Origin: a virus
Strand: one strand, 5' to 3'
Virus record (IMG/VR): IMGVR_UViG_3300046542_000086
Location: 17,696 to 81,695 of that record
Length of the DNA: 64,000 nt
Part shown: positions 38,517 through 48,246 of the stretch, piece by piece
Layout: the number at the start of each line of letters is the position of its first letter
Position numbering within the stretch: position 1 is the stretch's first letter
Notes under the pieces: generated by a model
Told to the model about the DNA's origin: nothing
The model's database searches: none
Seen by the model: the letters and a program-made list of their open reading frames with translations, nothing else
Position numbers and translations under genes: made by a program

Positions 38517-39221
38517 TTAGCGAACGGGGCTGAACTGAGCGATGTCTAGCAGCTGGAGGTTAACGTACAGTTTACTGGTGAACTCAAGCATCTCGAAGGG
38601 AGACACTATACCAATCCCAGGCAGGGTGATGTCCTCCTCAGTAAAGTCGCCCACTGCCGATCTAGCCGGAGCAAAGACCGTGATGCTGGGGATAACCTTA
38701 TTGTGGAAGCGAGCTTCCTGTAGACCCATCCATTCGTCAAAGTCGTACAGGATGTAAGCTGAGTAGTCTGCATCCAACAACGCTGGAGTGATTTCGTCAG
38801 GAGCCATCCAGACGTGGTCTAACTTAACCTCGTTGTTAGTGAACACCGCAAGGCTGGTCAGGTACATCTCGATCTGGTCATCATCCAAGTGGTATGGATA
38901 GAAGTTGATCGTAAGCTTGACGTCGTGTACCAGCGGAGAGTTGATACGCTGGTCACAGAGGTTCGCAAACATGCTCGTCAATGACAGACACAGGTTTGTA
39001 CACAACGAGCCCCGTAGGGTGTCTACATCGCGTTTGGCGTACTGAGCTTGATAAGCCTCGTTAGTCACCATCCCACCAGTGTACTTAGCAAAGTCATCAG
39101 ACAGACGTTGCCAGTAGTACTCGTTCACCATCTTTGCAGCTGCCTCAGGATTGACCCGTGCCAGAGACGGCAACCGGGTATCAACCAAGGCATCAATCTG
39201 ACACAGGACATGTTGATCCAT
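38517..39221 (-). CDS. conserved phiKZ-like hypothetical protein
   Basis: 234 aa, TAATG-coupled; N-terminal IDALVDTR motif. Confidence 0.7.
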   Translation of the reverse strand: MDQHVLCQIDALVDTRLPSLARVNPEAAAKMVNEYYWQRLSDDFAKYTGGMVTNEAYQAQYAKRDVDTLRGSLCTNLCLSLTSMFANLCDQRINSPLVHDVKLTINFYPYHLDDDQIEMYLTSLAVFTNNEVKLDHVWMAPDEITPALLDADYSAYILYDFDEWMGLQEARFHNKVIPSITVFAPARSAVGDFTEEDITLPGIGIVSPFEMLEFTSKLYVNLQLLDIAQFSPVR

Positions 39222-39700
39222 TACGCAGCCTCTTCCGGACGCAGACCACCCAACACACGATCGAGTTCGAGGAAGTCAATCAGCAACACAAGAACCAACC
39301 ACGGATAGGCACTCATGTACTTGGTCAGGTTAGGCTCAGACACCATCCGTTCCAACATGTCCTCACCGATGGTTTTATCTTCCTCTACGTCCAGACTGGA
39401 TTCGTAGTGAACAGTGAACGCATCGGCCAACTTAGCCACCAGTTCATCCCAACCCTCTTTACCGAGGATGAATCGCATCTGCTGACTACCACCGTGAACG
39501 AAGTCCACCAGCACTTCTTTCTCACGGATCATTTCCCACAGTTCTTGAACCTGAGTCTCCGTGGCGAGTTGGTTCAGACGGATGTCGTTCTGGAGGAAGA
39601 ACAGAAACTCCACTACATCAATCTTGCCTGGCTCATCCAACATCGCTTCGAAGCGACGACGCAGAGCGTACGTGATGTCATTGATGACGTCTTTCATCAT
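39221..39700 (-). CDS. hypothetical protein
   Basis: 159 aa, coupled to the RNAP subunit gene. Confidence 0.7.
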   Translation of the reverse strand: MMKDVINDITYALRRRFEAMLDEPGKIDVVEFLFFLQNDIRLNQLATETQVQELWEMIREKEVLVDFVHGGSQQMRFILGKEGWDELVAKLADAFTVHYESSLDVEEDKTIGEDMLERMVSEPNLTKYMSAYPWLVLVLLIDFLELDRVLGGLRPEEAA

Positions 39701-40368
39701 TTATCCAAAGTGTTGTCGAGGTGGATAGTTTTGAGGAGGGTGGATAGAGTCGTTACAGACTTGACCTTAGTGCCGAACTGAGACAAGTACTCGATACTCA
39801 CCCCACCCGTTTCAATGATCGAACGGTTCATGGCGTTGAAAGCCTGAGCGTCGCCCCCACGGAACTTGATCAGCTCAGTGATCGTAGCGTCCAACCCTTG
39901 AGCGAACAACACCTGTAGTTCAGGGAAGGAGATCTTCGAACCTTTGGAAGGGCCAGTAGACTGACCAGACAGTTCGTCGATGTGCTTGTTGTTCTCTGGG
40001 ATGGTCGCTTTACTTTGCAGCAACTGAACCTGACGACGCAGTGGTACGTCAATGACCAGATACTTCACCGGAGTCTTGTAGACTTCCCCAGTGGTCGGAT
40101 CAGTCAGGATCAGGTATTGGAAGAAGTCGTGTCCCAGTTCCTTAGCGATCGCAAGGTTACGGTCTAGACTCAACTTCTGTTTCGACAGGTTCGGTGTCTT
40201 GATGGTCAGGATCTCAGTCCCGTCCTCTAGATTCTTCATGAACTGGTCGAATTCTTTGTCCGTCATCTCAGACAGACGCATCGTGTAGAACGCAGTATTC
40301 GGGCTACCGGGTAGGATCTTTTCGATGTACTTCAAGATCATAGCGGTAGCAGCTTTACGGTTGCTCAT
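39697..40368 (-). CDS. virion RNA polymerase beta-like subunit, C-terminal part (phiKZ gp149-like)
   Basis: RRQVQLL, IDELSGQSTG, SKISFPELQVL, ELIKFRGGD correspond to the RpoB C-terminal region. Confidence 0.85.
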   Translation of the reverse strand: MSNRKAATAMILKYIEKILPGSPNTAFYTMRLSEMTDKEFDQFMKNLEDGTEILTIKTPNLSKQKLSLDRNLAIAKELGHDFFQYLILTDPTTGEVYKTPVKYLVIDVPLRRQVQLLQSKATIPENNKHIDELSGQSTGPSKGSKISFPELQVLFAQGLDATITELIKFRGGDAQAFNAMNRSIIETGGVSIEYLSQFGTKVKSVTTLSTLLKTIHLDNTLDK

Positions 40369-40397
40369 GGTCGTGTCCTAATTAGTTCCCTATAGGA

Positions 40398-40916
40398 TCA
40401 CTCATTAAGAATGAACTTAAGGTAAGACAAACCATGTGACCACGCCAAAGTGGCAAAGTGAGATTGTTGTGTAAAGTTCTGGGTAGCCATGCGACGTGAG
40501 GTGAATTCCACAGCATGGGTACATTGCTTCAGGAGATGGTCAATTGATTCCTGGGCTTCTGCATTGTCCTTAGATAACCGCACGCCATGGTGGGGTAGGC
40601 GCTGTTTGGTTACGCAGTAGGTCATCGCGTTGACGAACTCTGTACTCCCGGAGATGTGTAACACAGCACCGACACGCGGTAGTTCTGGGTCCCATCCGAG
40701 GTCCTTGAGTAACGTCAGTACGGTATTCTCAATCGATACCATGTCCCCTACGAAGTCTGAGCAGTACACCAACAAGTGTACGACGTCGTAAAGACCACGG
40801 GTTTCAAGCTTCACATTAACCGAAGGCAGTGCATCGTTACGTTCACTTCTCCCCGTGGTAGCCATAATGGCTTGGGCGAAGACGTCGATGCCTCCGGTGG
40901 GGAGTTGAATGTTCAT
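40398..40916 (-). CDS. hypothetical protein
   Basis: ~172 aa; start set after the upstream stop. Confidence 0.6.
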   Translation of the reverse strand: MNIQLPTGGIDVFAQAIMATTGRSERNDALPSVNVKLETRGLYDVVHLLVYCSDFVGDMVSIENTVLTLLKDLGWDPELPRVGAVLHISGSTEFVNAMTYCVTKQRLPHHGVRLSKDNAEAQESIDHLLKQCTHAVEFTSRRMATQNFTQQSHFATLAWSHGLSYLKFILNE

Positions 40917-40920
40917 GGGG

Positions 40921-41199
40921 TCACTTCCAGCTAGGTAGTCCGTAAGCCGCAATGGTCGGAGCTACGTGTTTATTGAACAGACGCAACCAGTCTTTCTCGG
41001 TAACGTCATCCATCAAGCATTCACGTTCGTTCACCGTGGAGCACGGCAACATGCCCAACTGTACCCGCAGGTAGTTGTTGGTCGTAATCACTGGATTGGG
41101 AACATCTGCGGAAGGGCTGAAGTGTGCTTGCATTTTAGCGGCAGCATCAGCACTGTGTTTACTCAAGCACTGTAATACGTTGTCGTAAAAGGTATTCAT
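40921..41199 (-). CDS. hypothetical protein
   Basis: 92 aa, AGGTG RBS. Confidence 0.7.
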   Translation of the reverse strand: MNTFYDNVLQCLSKHSADAAAKMQAHFSPSADVPNPVITTNNYLRVQLGMLPCSTVNERECLMDDVTEKDWLRLFNKHVAPTIAAYGLPSWK

Positions 41200-41316
41200 T
41201 GGATCACCTGTCGTTTAAGAAGGCGGACATTCCACCTATATAGTTACTTTGCTGCATTAAGAATTACTAGGCACAAAAAAATAGCCCCTAGGTAAGCAGG
41301 CTATTTTCTCTAGAGT

Positions 41317-41703
41317 TCAACCGCCAATCCGATTCTGGATAGCTTTGATCTCTTTGCCCAGCGCCAAGACTTGGCTGCCGATTTTCTCAGCGATGTTACC
41401 AATGCGATTAGCTTGATGCTGACGAAGATGTTCAATCTTAATACAGTGCTGAATGTCTTCGGCGACTTGGGTAGTGGCGTCGAGCCAGAACACCATCATC
41501 AACCAATTACCACTGCAAAGCGCAGCCATACTGTAGACCAACAACGTGGACATGTTTTCATCAGTATAAGGCATCTCACGACATTTGATTATCCGGTCAT
41601 TGAGTGCACGCAGTCGAAGCAGCTTCTTATGAAGCTTACCAAGTTCACCCATCTTGACATTGATCAAGATACGTCCTGCATTGTATTGTGCGTCAGTTAC
41701 CAT
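41317..41703 (-). CDS. hypothetical early protein
   Basis: GGAG RBS before MVTDAQ; sits alone between an early promoter and a terminator (41275-41307); more AT-rich than neighbours. Confidence 0.65.
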   Translation of the reverse strand: MVTDAQYNAGRILINVKMGELGKLHKKLLRLRALNDRIIKCREMPYTDENMSTLLVYSMAALCSGNWLMMVFWLDATTQVAEDIQHCIKIEHLRQHQANRIGNIAEKIGSQVLALGKEIKAIQNRIGG

Positions 41704-41757
41704 TATCAGTTCTCCAGAGAACACTAGATTGTTGTAAACAAGATATTGCTATCCTAT

Positions 41758-41782
41758 CCCCTAGGTAATATATACCTGAGAT
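41758..41782 (-). promoter_or_regulatory. early (virion RNAP) promoter
   Basis: ATCTCAGGTATATATTACCTAGGGG with exact TATATTAC. Confidence 0.75.
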
Positions 41783-41800
41783 ATTTTTAGTTTTACTGGC

Positions 41801-41829
41801 GGCATAAAAGCCTCCCCGAAGGGAGGCTC
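41801..41829 (-). terminator. intrinsic terminator
   Basis: Minus strand AGCCTCCC-TTCG-GGGAGGCT-TTTATGCCG. Confidence 0.85.
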
Positions 41830-41835
41830 CCACGT

Positions 41836-42006
41836 TTACCGATCAGGTCTCTTGAGACCGAGCTTTAACAACCCACTGATACTGAGCTTTAACTCAGACA
41901 TCCTGATTATGGTTTGCTCCCAGAACGCTATCCGATCATCAGTCACCAGATCTAAGCACTTCTCTTTGAGTACACGACAACCGATGGTAGCCCGACGCCG
42001 CTTCAT
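41836..42006 (-). CDS. 56-aa basic small protein (not in the ORF track)
   Basis: MKRRRATIGCRVLKEKCLDLVTDDRIAFWEQTIIRMSELKLSISGLLKLGLKRPDR; ATG overlaps the uvsX stop (TAATG) and the ORF ends just before the terminator. Confidence 0.5.
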   Translation of the reverse strand: MKRRRATIGCRVLKEKCLDLVTDDRIAFWEQTIIRMSELKLSISGLLKLGLKRPDR

Positions 42007-43412
42007 TACGCAGCCGCCTTGTTGACCACGCCCTTGTACCAGTAAGGAACGTACTCACCCTTGGCCATACGGAGCAAGTCGAAGGTGGACATGAACTGTT
42101 TAGGGTTCTTGTTCTCTTCGAAGTCCCAGTAACCACGAGTGTCCAGCAACTCGTCCCAGTTGTAACCCATCGCCTTGATCTTCTCGTAGAGCTCTTTAGG
42201 CTCCATCAGGTAGCCACGAGTTTGAACAAAGCCGAGGTTTTCCATCTGGCAAAGCTCAGAGGTGATTTCCATCGCCCGCTGGAGACGCTCAGAGTCACGG
42301 ATCTTGCCACGCACAGTCGTACGCTGCATGGTGATCTCTGGACACAGTTCCATGTAGTACGCACGGTCGTGACCGCCAATACCGTACTTGAAGAACTTGC
42401 AGTAGTTGAACTCAGTCATCCCTACCAGCAAACCTTCACGCTGAGAGTAGATCACTTCGAACGGCATCCCGGTAGGACCCGCCTTAGCCCGCAGGTTCTG
42501 TAGAACCAGCAAGTTCAGGTCAGTGTCGCCTTCAAGGTTGTCATCCGGCCCTGCTGGGAACTCAGGAGCTTTGGTGGCCTTGTTCTGGAGTACCGTAACG
42601 CTGTTGCAGTACCACAGGTTGTTCGTGAGGAACGTAAACTTCTCAGGAACGTTCTTGAAGACGTTCTTCCCTTTGAGGAAGGCCAGCTTCTTCGGATCAG
42701 GTGCGTACTGATCGAGCTGGTGCTTGTCGCCCACGTGTGCCGTTGCAATCAGGTAGTTGTTAGCACCTGCTGTCAAGTTCGGCAACTGCATCAACATCTG
42801 CGTCTTAGCCGCAGCAGAACGCAAGGCGTCAGTGTTAGCACCGGAGTCACCGATCTCGTTCTTGTCGTAGATGCCTTCGACCGAGTCAGTGATGAACATG
42901 CTGAGGGAATCGATCTCGAACAAGTGCGGCATGATGCACTTGATGAACTCACCCTTGTTGTCGATGAAAGGCATGGTCCGTTGCATGGACTTCGCCTCTT
43001 TCTTCTTGAGGTTGGACATGTCACGGAACTTGTCGAACCATTTGTTACCGGAGACCATCGTCGAGTCAGTGAGGACGATCTTCTTCAGTTCAGCCAGATC
43101 CTGACCCATCAGCTCAGGGAACTGCATGGCCAACTGGTACAGACGTTCGAGCGTCATAGACGTTTCGGTGTCGTAGAAGTTAGCCTTAGCCAGATAGCGG
43201 GCAATGATCCGAAGAATCATGAAGTGGGCAATCAGCGACTTACCCATATTACCGCGACCAGCAATACCAGTGAACGGCGACAAACCACCGTTCATGATCA
43301 TCTCCCCATGCTTACCTTTGTAGTAGCGTCCAGTGGGAAGGTCAAACAGGCAGCCCAAGTTAAAGAAAGGGCGAAGGCGTGGTGCCTGTTCAAAGAAATC
43401 GTCTAATTCCAT
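42006..43412 (-). CDS. uvsX: UvsX/RecA-like recombinase (phiKZ gp152-like)
   Basis: Walker A AGRGNMGKS, YDTE, Walker B FEIDSLS, RAKAGPTG. Confidence 0.85.
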   Translation of the reverse strand: MELDDFFEQAPRLRPFFNLGCLFDLPTGRYYKGKHGEMIMNGGLSPFTGIAGRGNMGKSLIAHFMILRIIARYLAKANFYDTETSMTLERLYQLAMQFPELMGQDLAELKKIVLTDSTMVSGNKWFDKFRDMSNLKKKEAKSMQRTMPFIDNKGEFIKCIMPHLFEIDSLSMFITDSVEGIYDKNEIGDSGANTDALRSAAAKTQMLMQLPNLTAGANNYLIATAHVGDKHQLDQYAPDPKKLAFLKGKNVFKNVPEKFTFLTNNLWYCNSVTVLQNKATKAPEFPAGPDDNLEGDTDLNLLVLQNLRAKAGPTGMPFEVIYSQREGLLVGMTEFNYCKFFKYGIGGHDRAYYMELCPEITMQRTTVRGKIRDSERLQRAMEITSELCQMENLGFVQTRGYLMEPKELYEKIKAMGYNWDELLDTRGYWDFEENKNPKQFMSTFDLLRMAKGEYVPYWYKGVVNKAAA

Positions 43413-43526
43413 GTTTTACTCGCTACTGTGGCTGGAATAAATGTTTTAAACTCATTTGATACGTCCCGTGAGTTTAATTTTATGTGTCTTTGCTCAACCG
43501 AGCTATTCCCCACTCAAGGTGACTCA

Positions 43527-44339
43527 ATGAACATCTCTTTAGAACACCAGGCCAGTGTCCTGTCGATGGAAGCGTTTAACCTGCGCGCTTCTCTGACAGC
43601 ACTGACCAAAGTCTTTCCTCAATACGCTCGTGGCATCGGCGACACCATCCTTTCGTATCTGGCCAACGACCAACCACAGATCCCTCTGGTGCAGGTACCA
43701 AAGAAGACCGGTCTGGGTAAAGGCGTTGACTACTCGTCTCACCGTAAAACTGCCATCATTGGCCCTGCTGGTCTGAAGACCAACTACCTCGAGTACCTAC
43801 ACGCTGTAGAAGCCTCTGTAAGCCTCGCTAAGGAAGTCTACGCTTCACAGCTGGTACCTTTCAACCAATGGGTCGGCAGCCTCTTGGGCAGCCCTGAGGA
43901 GCTTACCAGCATCGCTGTTAAGCAAGACGTGTTGAAGTACGACGACTCGGACATCGAGAAGTGCAAGCGTCTTCTGGAGAAGTGCATTAACCGCGCTAGC
44001 TCGCAGACCAAACACGAATACGGCAAGCTGGTTAAGCAGAATGCTGAGTGGGATGCGATCTTGGAAAAGACCAACCATCTCGTGGTCGGCTACCAAACCG
44101 TGAACCGGACTGCGGTCCTCGATGAAGTGGATGTCCTTAACGAACAACTACTGAAGCTGGCTCAGCGTATCCAAGACGAACCAGAAGTCTATAAGGCTTC
44201 AGGTGTAACGATCTCGGAACTGGCCAAGCGTTGCCTCGTAGTTGCCCGTTTCGTAGAGTTCTACTCGATCACCGGTTACCTGATGACCGAACTGTCGAAC
44301 TCGGTACAAGCATCCGTAGATGCACTGAAGCGCCTGTAA
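43527..44339 (+). CDS. probable head protein with short propeptide (phiKZ gp153-like)
   Basis: Starts MNISLEHQASVLSMEAF (SLE and SME protease sites); position next to uvsX. Confidence 0.65.
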   Translation: MNISLEHQASVLSMEAFNLRASLTALTKVFPQYARGIGDTILSYLANDQPQIPLVQVPKKTGLGKGVDYSSHRKTAIIGPAGLKTNYLEYLHAVEASVSLAKEVYASQLVPFNQWVGSLLGSPEELTSIAVKQDVLKYDDSDIEKCKRLLEKCINRASSQTKHEYGKLVKQNAEWDAILEKTNHLVVGYQTVNRTAVLDEVDVLNEQLLKLAQRIQDEPEVYKASGVTISELAKRCLVVARFVEFYSITGYLMTELSNSVQASVDALKRL

Positions 44340-44342
44340 GCG

Positions 44343-44391
44343 TCATAAAGACTGACTACCCGGCTGAGGCTAGGTAGTCAGTCAGCTATGC
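44343..44391. terminator. bidirectional terminator
   Basis: CATAAA-GACTGACTACC-loop-GGTAGTCAGTC-agc-TATGC. Confidence 0.75.
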
Positions 44392-44399
44392 TGGCTTGT

Positions 44400-44807
44400 T
44401 TAAGCCACACCCAATCTTGCCGTTTGAATGACAGTCCGGGCATCTTCCACCATTTTGGCAGTATCGCCGTATTGCATCCATGACGGCATCGCTTTAACTA
44501 CTTGGTCTGCACCAGCCCCAAGCGAGCCACAGGCAATAGCTTGATCCAAGTCACAATTCTTCCATATCCGTTTGGAGAAAAGAACCGGAATTTCCAGGGC
44601 CTCCGTACAAGAAGCCAAGCTCATCTTCTTGTTCAGCAGTTCCAGATCTTTCAGTTCTGTGTGGGAGAGCTGCTTAAGTCCGGCAAACAGACTGACAACA
44701 AACATCAGGCGTTTACCGTACCGTGGCAACCCCACCCGCAAGAGTCGAGTCATTAGTCTGTGGTTAAGACGACTGACCCGCTCCGTGATGGCGGTAATTG
44801 GGTTCAT
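44400..44807 (-). CDS. hypothetical protein
   Basis: 135-aa ORF downstream of RNase H. Confidence 0.65.
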   Translation of the reverse strand: MNPITAITERVSRLNHRLMTRLLRVGLPRYGKRLMFVVSLFAGLKQLSHTELKDLELLNKKMSLASCTEALEIPVLFSKRIWKNCDLDQAIACGSLGAGADQVVKAMPSWMQYGDTAKMVEDARTVIQTARLGVA

Positions 44808-44821
44808 AGGGCGTTCTCAGG

Positions 44822-46354
44822 TCAACTGGTCAAAAGACAGATGTTGGAATAAATACCAGCCCAAATACCAATGTCGTCGTCCGTTTGAACAATGGTAGCG
44901 TAACGGAAGGCCGTGTCGCTCTCTCGCCATGTGATCAAATGAACTTTGGGATTCAAGGCCGCCAACGCCGACAACGTGTTTCGGTTAGCGATGTCAATTC
45001 CGATCGTAACCGGAAGTTTAAACACGCCAGACTTCGCACCCGTGTCATACGCCGCTTCGATCTCTAGACGCTTCACCGTACTGTTGATCGCAGGGAGCAA
45101 CTTCGTCACAGGCTTCTTCTTGGCGGTATTTACCTCATAGAGTAGACCTGTAATGTCGTTAACAATCACGCCCTTGCCAGTAGGGTCGCTGATGTAGTCA
45201 ATCAACATACTTTCCATCACACCCATTTGCTGCATAACCCGGAAGGCAATGCGGGGTGGACGCAGTTCTTTGGTCAGGAGCAGTTCACTCGCTGTGAACA
45301 GATCCATCTTGCCATAGTTACAGTTCTGAAGGAACTGATCACCATAGCGTTCCAAGTCCGTGTAGGTCTTCGATGAAGTAATGTTACTCAACCGACCGAT
45401 AATCATGCTGTTGAAACCGCCGGTGTCCAAAGAGTCTTGGTGCGCCGTCAGCATCTCCAGTACAGGATTACGCTCTTTCAAGAACAGTACCGAGAAGCTT
45501 GCCGAGCTAACTGGTTTACCCAGGAAGTCGTCTTCAGCACCATGTTCGCCAAGGTAATACACCACACGACCATCTGGACTCTTCTGAGTGCCGCCCACAT
45601 TGGTATTGAAGTACCAGTACGGGTGAGAGATCATCCGGTTGTAATCAGCCTTGACACTCCAGTAGCCTTTCGCTTCAACCAGTTCGATCGAACGCAAGGC
45701 CTTACCTTTCTTACCAGCGATGACTGCCGAAGTAGCCAGCAAGTCTACCGTATCGTTACCGGTGTCGCCACTGTGACCACGAACCCAACGGGTGTGAATC
45801 AAAGTACCACGGTCTGCGAGGATTTGTTTAGCCACCAGAACCTGTTTCCACAGCTCAGCGTTAGCCACTGGGGTCAGGTCCGGTCGTACCCAGTTGTTGG
45901 ACTGCCACTTAGGCGACCAGTTGAGCAAACCGTTCAAGGCGTACTTACTGTCGATGATCAACATCACCGAAACAACCTGTTGTTCGATGGCAACCTGTAA
46001 GGCTTCCAGCAAACCAGTTACTTCGGCAATGTTGTTAGTGGCTTCAGGGATCAACGAACCGTAACCATTGATGTACTTCAACGGCGTCACAGTCGAGATC
46101 ATCGGGTTATCGAAATACTCAACCTCAGCATCACGATCAGCCGACTTGTAGTTAAAGAAGGACGAACCCGGCGCGGCATCAACCGCATCGATGTAGCCGA
46201 AGTTAGTGACTAAGCACGGGGCTCCGGTACCTTGCTTCGACTTCTCTGTCGTATAGATGTATCCATGGACACCCCAACCACCAATACCGCGAGACGGCTT
46301 ACAGCCACCGTCTGTATAGATCACGGCGTGGAGTTTTGCTTCCTCATTGCTCAT
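44822..46354 (-). CDS. rnhA: ribonuclease HI with C-terminal extension (phiKZ gp155-like)
   Basis: YTDGGC, TNNIAE, IDSKY, NAELW, WVRGHSGDTGNDTVDLLA. Confidence 0.9.
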   Translation of the reverse strand: MSNEEAKLHAVIYTDGGCKPSRGIGGWGVHGYIYTTEKSKQGTGAPCLVTNFGYIDAVDAAPGSSFFNYKSADRDAEVEYFDNPMISTVTPLKYINGYGSLIPEATNNIAEVTGLLEALQVAIEQQVVSVMLIIDSKYALNGLLNWSPKWQSNNWVRPDLTPVANAELWKQVLVAKQILADRGTLIHTRWVRGHSGDTGNDTVDLLATSAVIAGKKGKALRSIELVEAKGYWSVKADYNRMISHPYWYFNTNVGGTQKSPDGRVVYYLGEHGAEDDFLGKPVSSASFSVLFLKERNPVLEMLTAHQDSLDTGGFNSMIIGRLSNITSSKTYTDLERYGDQFLQNCNYGKMDLFTASELLLTKELRPPRIAFRVMQQMGVMESMLIDYISDPTGKGVIVNDITGLLYEVNTAKKKPVTKLLPAINSTVKRLEIEAAYDTGAKSGVFKLPVTIGIDIANRNTLSALAALNPKVHLITWRESDTAFRYATIVQTDDDIGIWAGIYSNICLLTS

Positions 46355-46408
46355 CGGTTCTACCTAAAAGTTAGTTCTTCTCAAGAGATTCGTGGCGACC
46401 GTAATTAC

Positions 46409-46834
46409 TTACTTGCGCTTGAGATTACGGTCTCGTTCGTATTCCAGACTGTGTTGCAAGTCTGTGACTCGTTGCTCCAACCAGAGCTTCTCAGCTTTGA
46501 TCGTAGCCTCAGAGACCTCTTGATCGTGGTTAGTGTCACGGATGGTTTCATACTTGCCGACCAGTATAGCATGTTCGGCAATCAAGCTTTGGTACTTGGT
46601 AGTGGTCTCCCGACTCTCCCTCAAGACCCGTTCGTACAACCGAGCATACTCGTGGGAACTTCTAGCGTTACCCACAGTCAACAACAGGAGCACCAACGAA
46701 GAGCAGAGCAGGATGACGATGCTTTTGTTGGTGACGACAGCGGCCTGAAAGTCTTTGTTCTTGAAGAACACTTCCTTTACAAAAGGCCATAGTTTCAAAA
46801 GAAACTTGAACAAAAGGATAGCGTTGCCGATCAT
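46409..46834 (-). CDS. membrane-anchored coiled-coil protein
   Basis: Hydrophobic segment IVILLCSSLVLLLLTV followed by a heptad-rich C-terminus. Confidence 0.6.
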   Translation of the reverse strand: MIGNAILLFKFLLKLWPFVKEVFFKNKDFQAAVVTNKSIVILLCSSLVLLLLTVGNARSSHEYARLYERVLRESRETTTKYQSLIAEHAILVGKYETIRDTNHDQEVSEATIKAEKLWLEQRVTDLQHSLEYERDRNLKRK

Positions 46835-46914
46835 GATGAGTATTGCTCCGACGAATGCTCAAGAATGGTATAGGTAATTTATTACTGAACCCTACCCACC
46901 CTCGAGGTCCTTAC

Positions 46915-48234
46915 ATGTATAATCTTAAAGGGTTTATGGTCTTCGCGCCATTGGCTAACAATTCAGTTGATGTCATTGCACCTCTTGGGGAACTCTCCAC
47001 CCATTGTGCAACTTTCTCCAAAGAGAAAGGTCAATACATCAACCCTCTGTACGCGGACTCTAAACTAATTAGTTTCCTCAGTCAACAAGTTGCTGTTGAC
47101 GGCACCAAAACTTTGGTTAGTGTTCCAGTAGTTCACCAGAACGCTGCACTGACTTTGAGCCAGTGGATCTATACCAAAGCCCTCGCTCAAGAGATCTCGT
47201 TTGACCGTGACGCATTCCAGTCCGCCCTACAGACCAGCTTCGGTCAATCGCACCTCGACTTAGCCTTCGGCGAAATCGTAAGCGATGGTGTTCGTCAAAT
47301 GCCTGAGTGGGTCAGTTACAAACTGAACGACCCGGCAGAAAACACAGTACGACTGTGGCTTGCTGATGACTCTTTTCGTCGTCAGTACGACGAGTACGAA
47401 ATTGGCTTCGTAGCCCCGATCGCCGTAATCGACGACTTCTTCAAAGACCCCCTGGTGGTGAAGCAACTGACTGATGCGTGGACGTTGACCACCGCACTGG
47501 AAAAGGCTGACGCGTTGAAAAACCGTAAACCTGAAACCGTGCTGCTCAACAAGCTCTACACCTACCACGCTCAGAACGGTTCCAACATCACCATTAATAC
47601 CAACTGGACCGTAGTGATCTGGGGCCCAACTGGTAATAACCCAGACATCATTAAGCAAGAACTGGCCAAGTGGATTCTGGCGAACTCACAACATACCGAA
47701 GAAGAATGGATGGATCTTTTCCCAGACATCTTCACTTCGACTGAGTTCATCATCACGCCGTTCTGGGAACACATGGCGATTGAACAAACCTCAATCACCA
47801 CCGGTGTGTATTCACCGTCGATCCCACTGACCGACGTCACCGAAATCTCCACGGCAACGATCAAGGGTAAGAACTACACTCCTGATCACATCGCGGCTAA
47901 CCTCGTGGTTTCCAGCGTCCTGTACGGTTCGTTGGCTCTGACGATCTGCGGTGGTCCGTACAACCGTGGTGGCGTGAAGAAGTTCACTGAGCAATGGCCT
48001 GACTACATCAACGTGTCGACCAACTCACCAGACTTCAACCGGATGAAACTGGAAACCCAGAACTTCATCAACCTGCTGTACGAAATGCTGATCATTGCTG
48101 AGTCTGCTACTCTGGTCTCGGACATTCCAGTCGGCATGGCTCGGGTGACTCGTAACGGTATCGTCTACATCGGTGCTTCAATGAACGACGTCCTGTATCT
48201 GGTTGTAACCAAGTACTCGATGCTCGACATCTAA
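46915..48234 (+). CDS. virion structural protein (phiKZ gp157-like)
   Basis: Start MYNLKGF after GAGG; motif APLGELST; synteny. Confidence 0.65.
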   Translation: MYNLKGFMVFAPLANNSVDVIAPLGELSTHCATFSKEKGQYINPLYADSKLISFLSQQVAVDGTKTLVSVPVVHQNAALTLSQWIYTKALAQEISFDRDAFQSALQTSFGQSHLDLAFGEIVSDGVRQMPEWVSYKLNDPAENTVRLWLADDSFRRQYDEYEIGFVAPIAVIDDFFKDPLVVKQLTDAWTLTTALEKADALKNRKPETVLLNKLYTYHAQNGSNITINTNWTVVIWGPTGNNPDIIKQELAKWILANSQHTEEEWMDLFPDIFTSTEFIITPFWEHMAIEQTSITTGVYSPSIPLTDVTEISTATIKGKNYTPDHIAANLVVSSVLYGSLALTICGGPYNRGGVKKFTEQWPDYINVSTNSPDFNRMKLETQNFINLLYEMLIIAESATLVSDIPVGMARVTRNGIVYIGASMNDVLYLVVTKYSMLDI

Positions 48235-48246
48235 CAGAGGTGAGTT

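Noticed and set aside
46409-46834. Possible holin or i-spanin
   Set aside because: The topology is compatible, but I found no embedded lipoprotein (o-spanin) ORF or adjacent endolysin, so it is left as a membrane coiled-coil protein.
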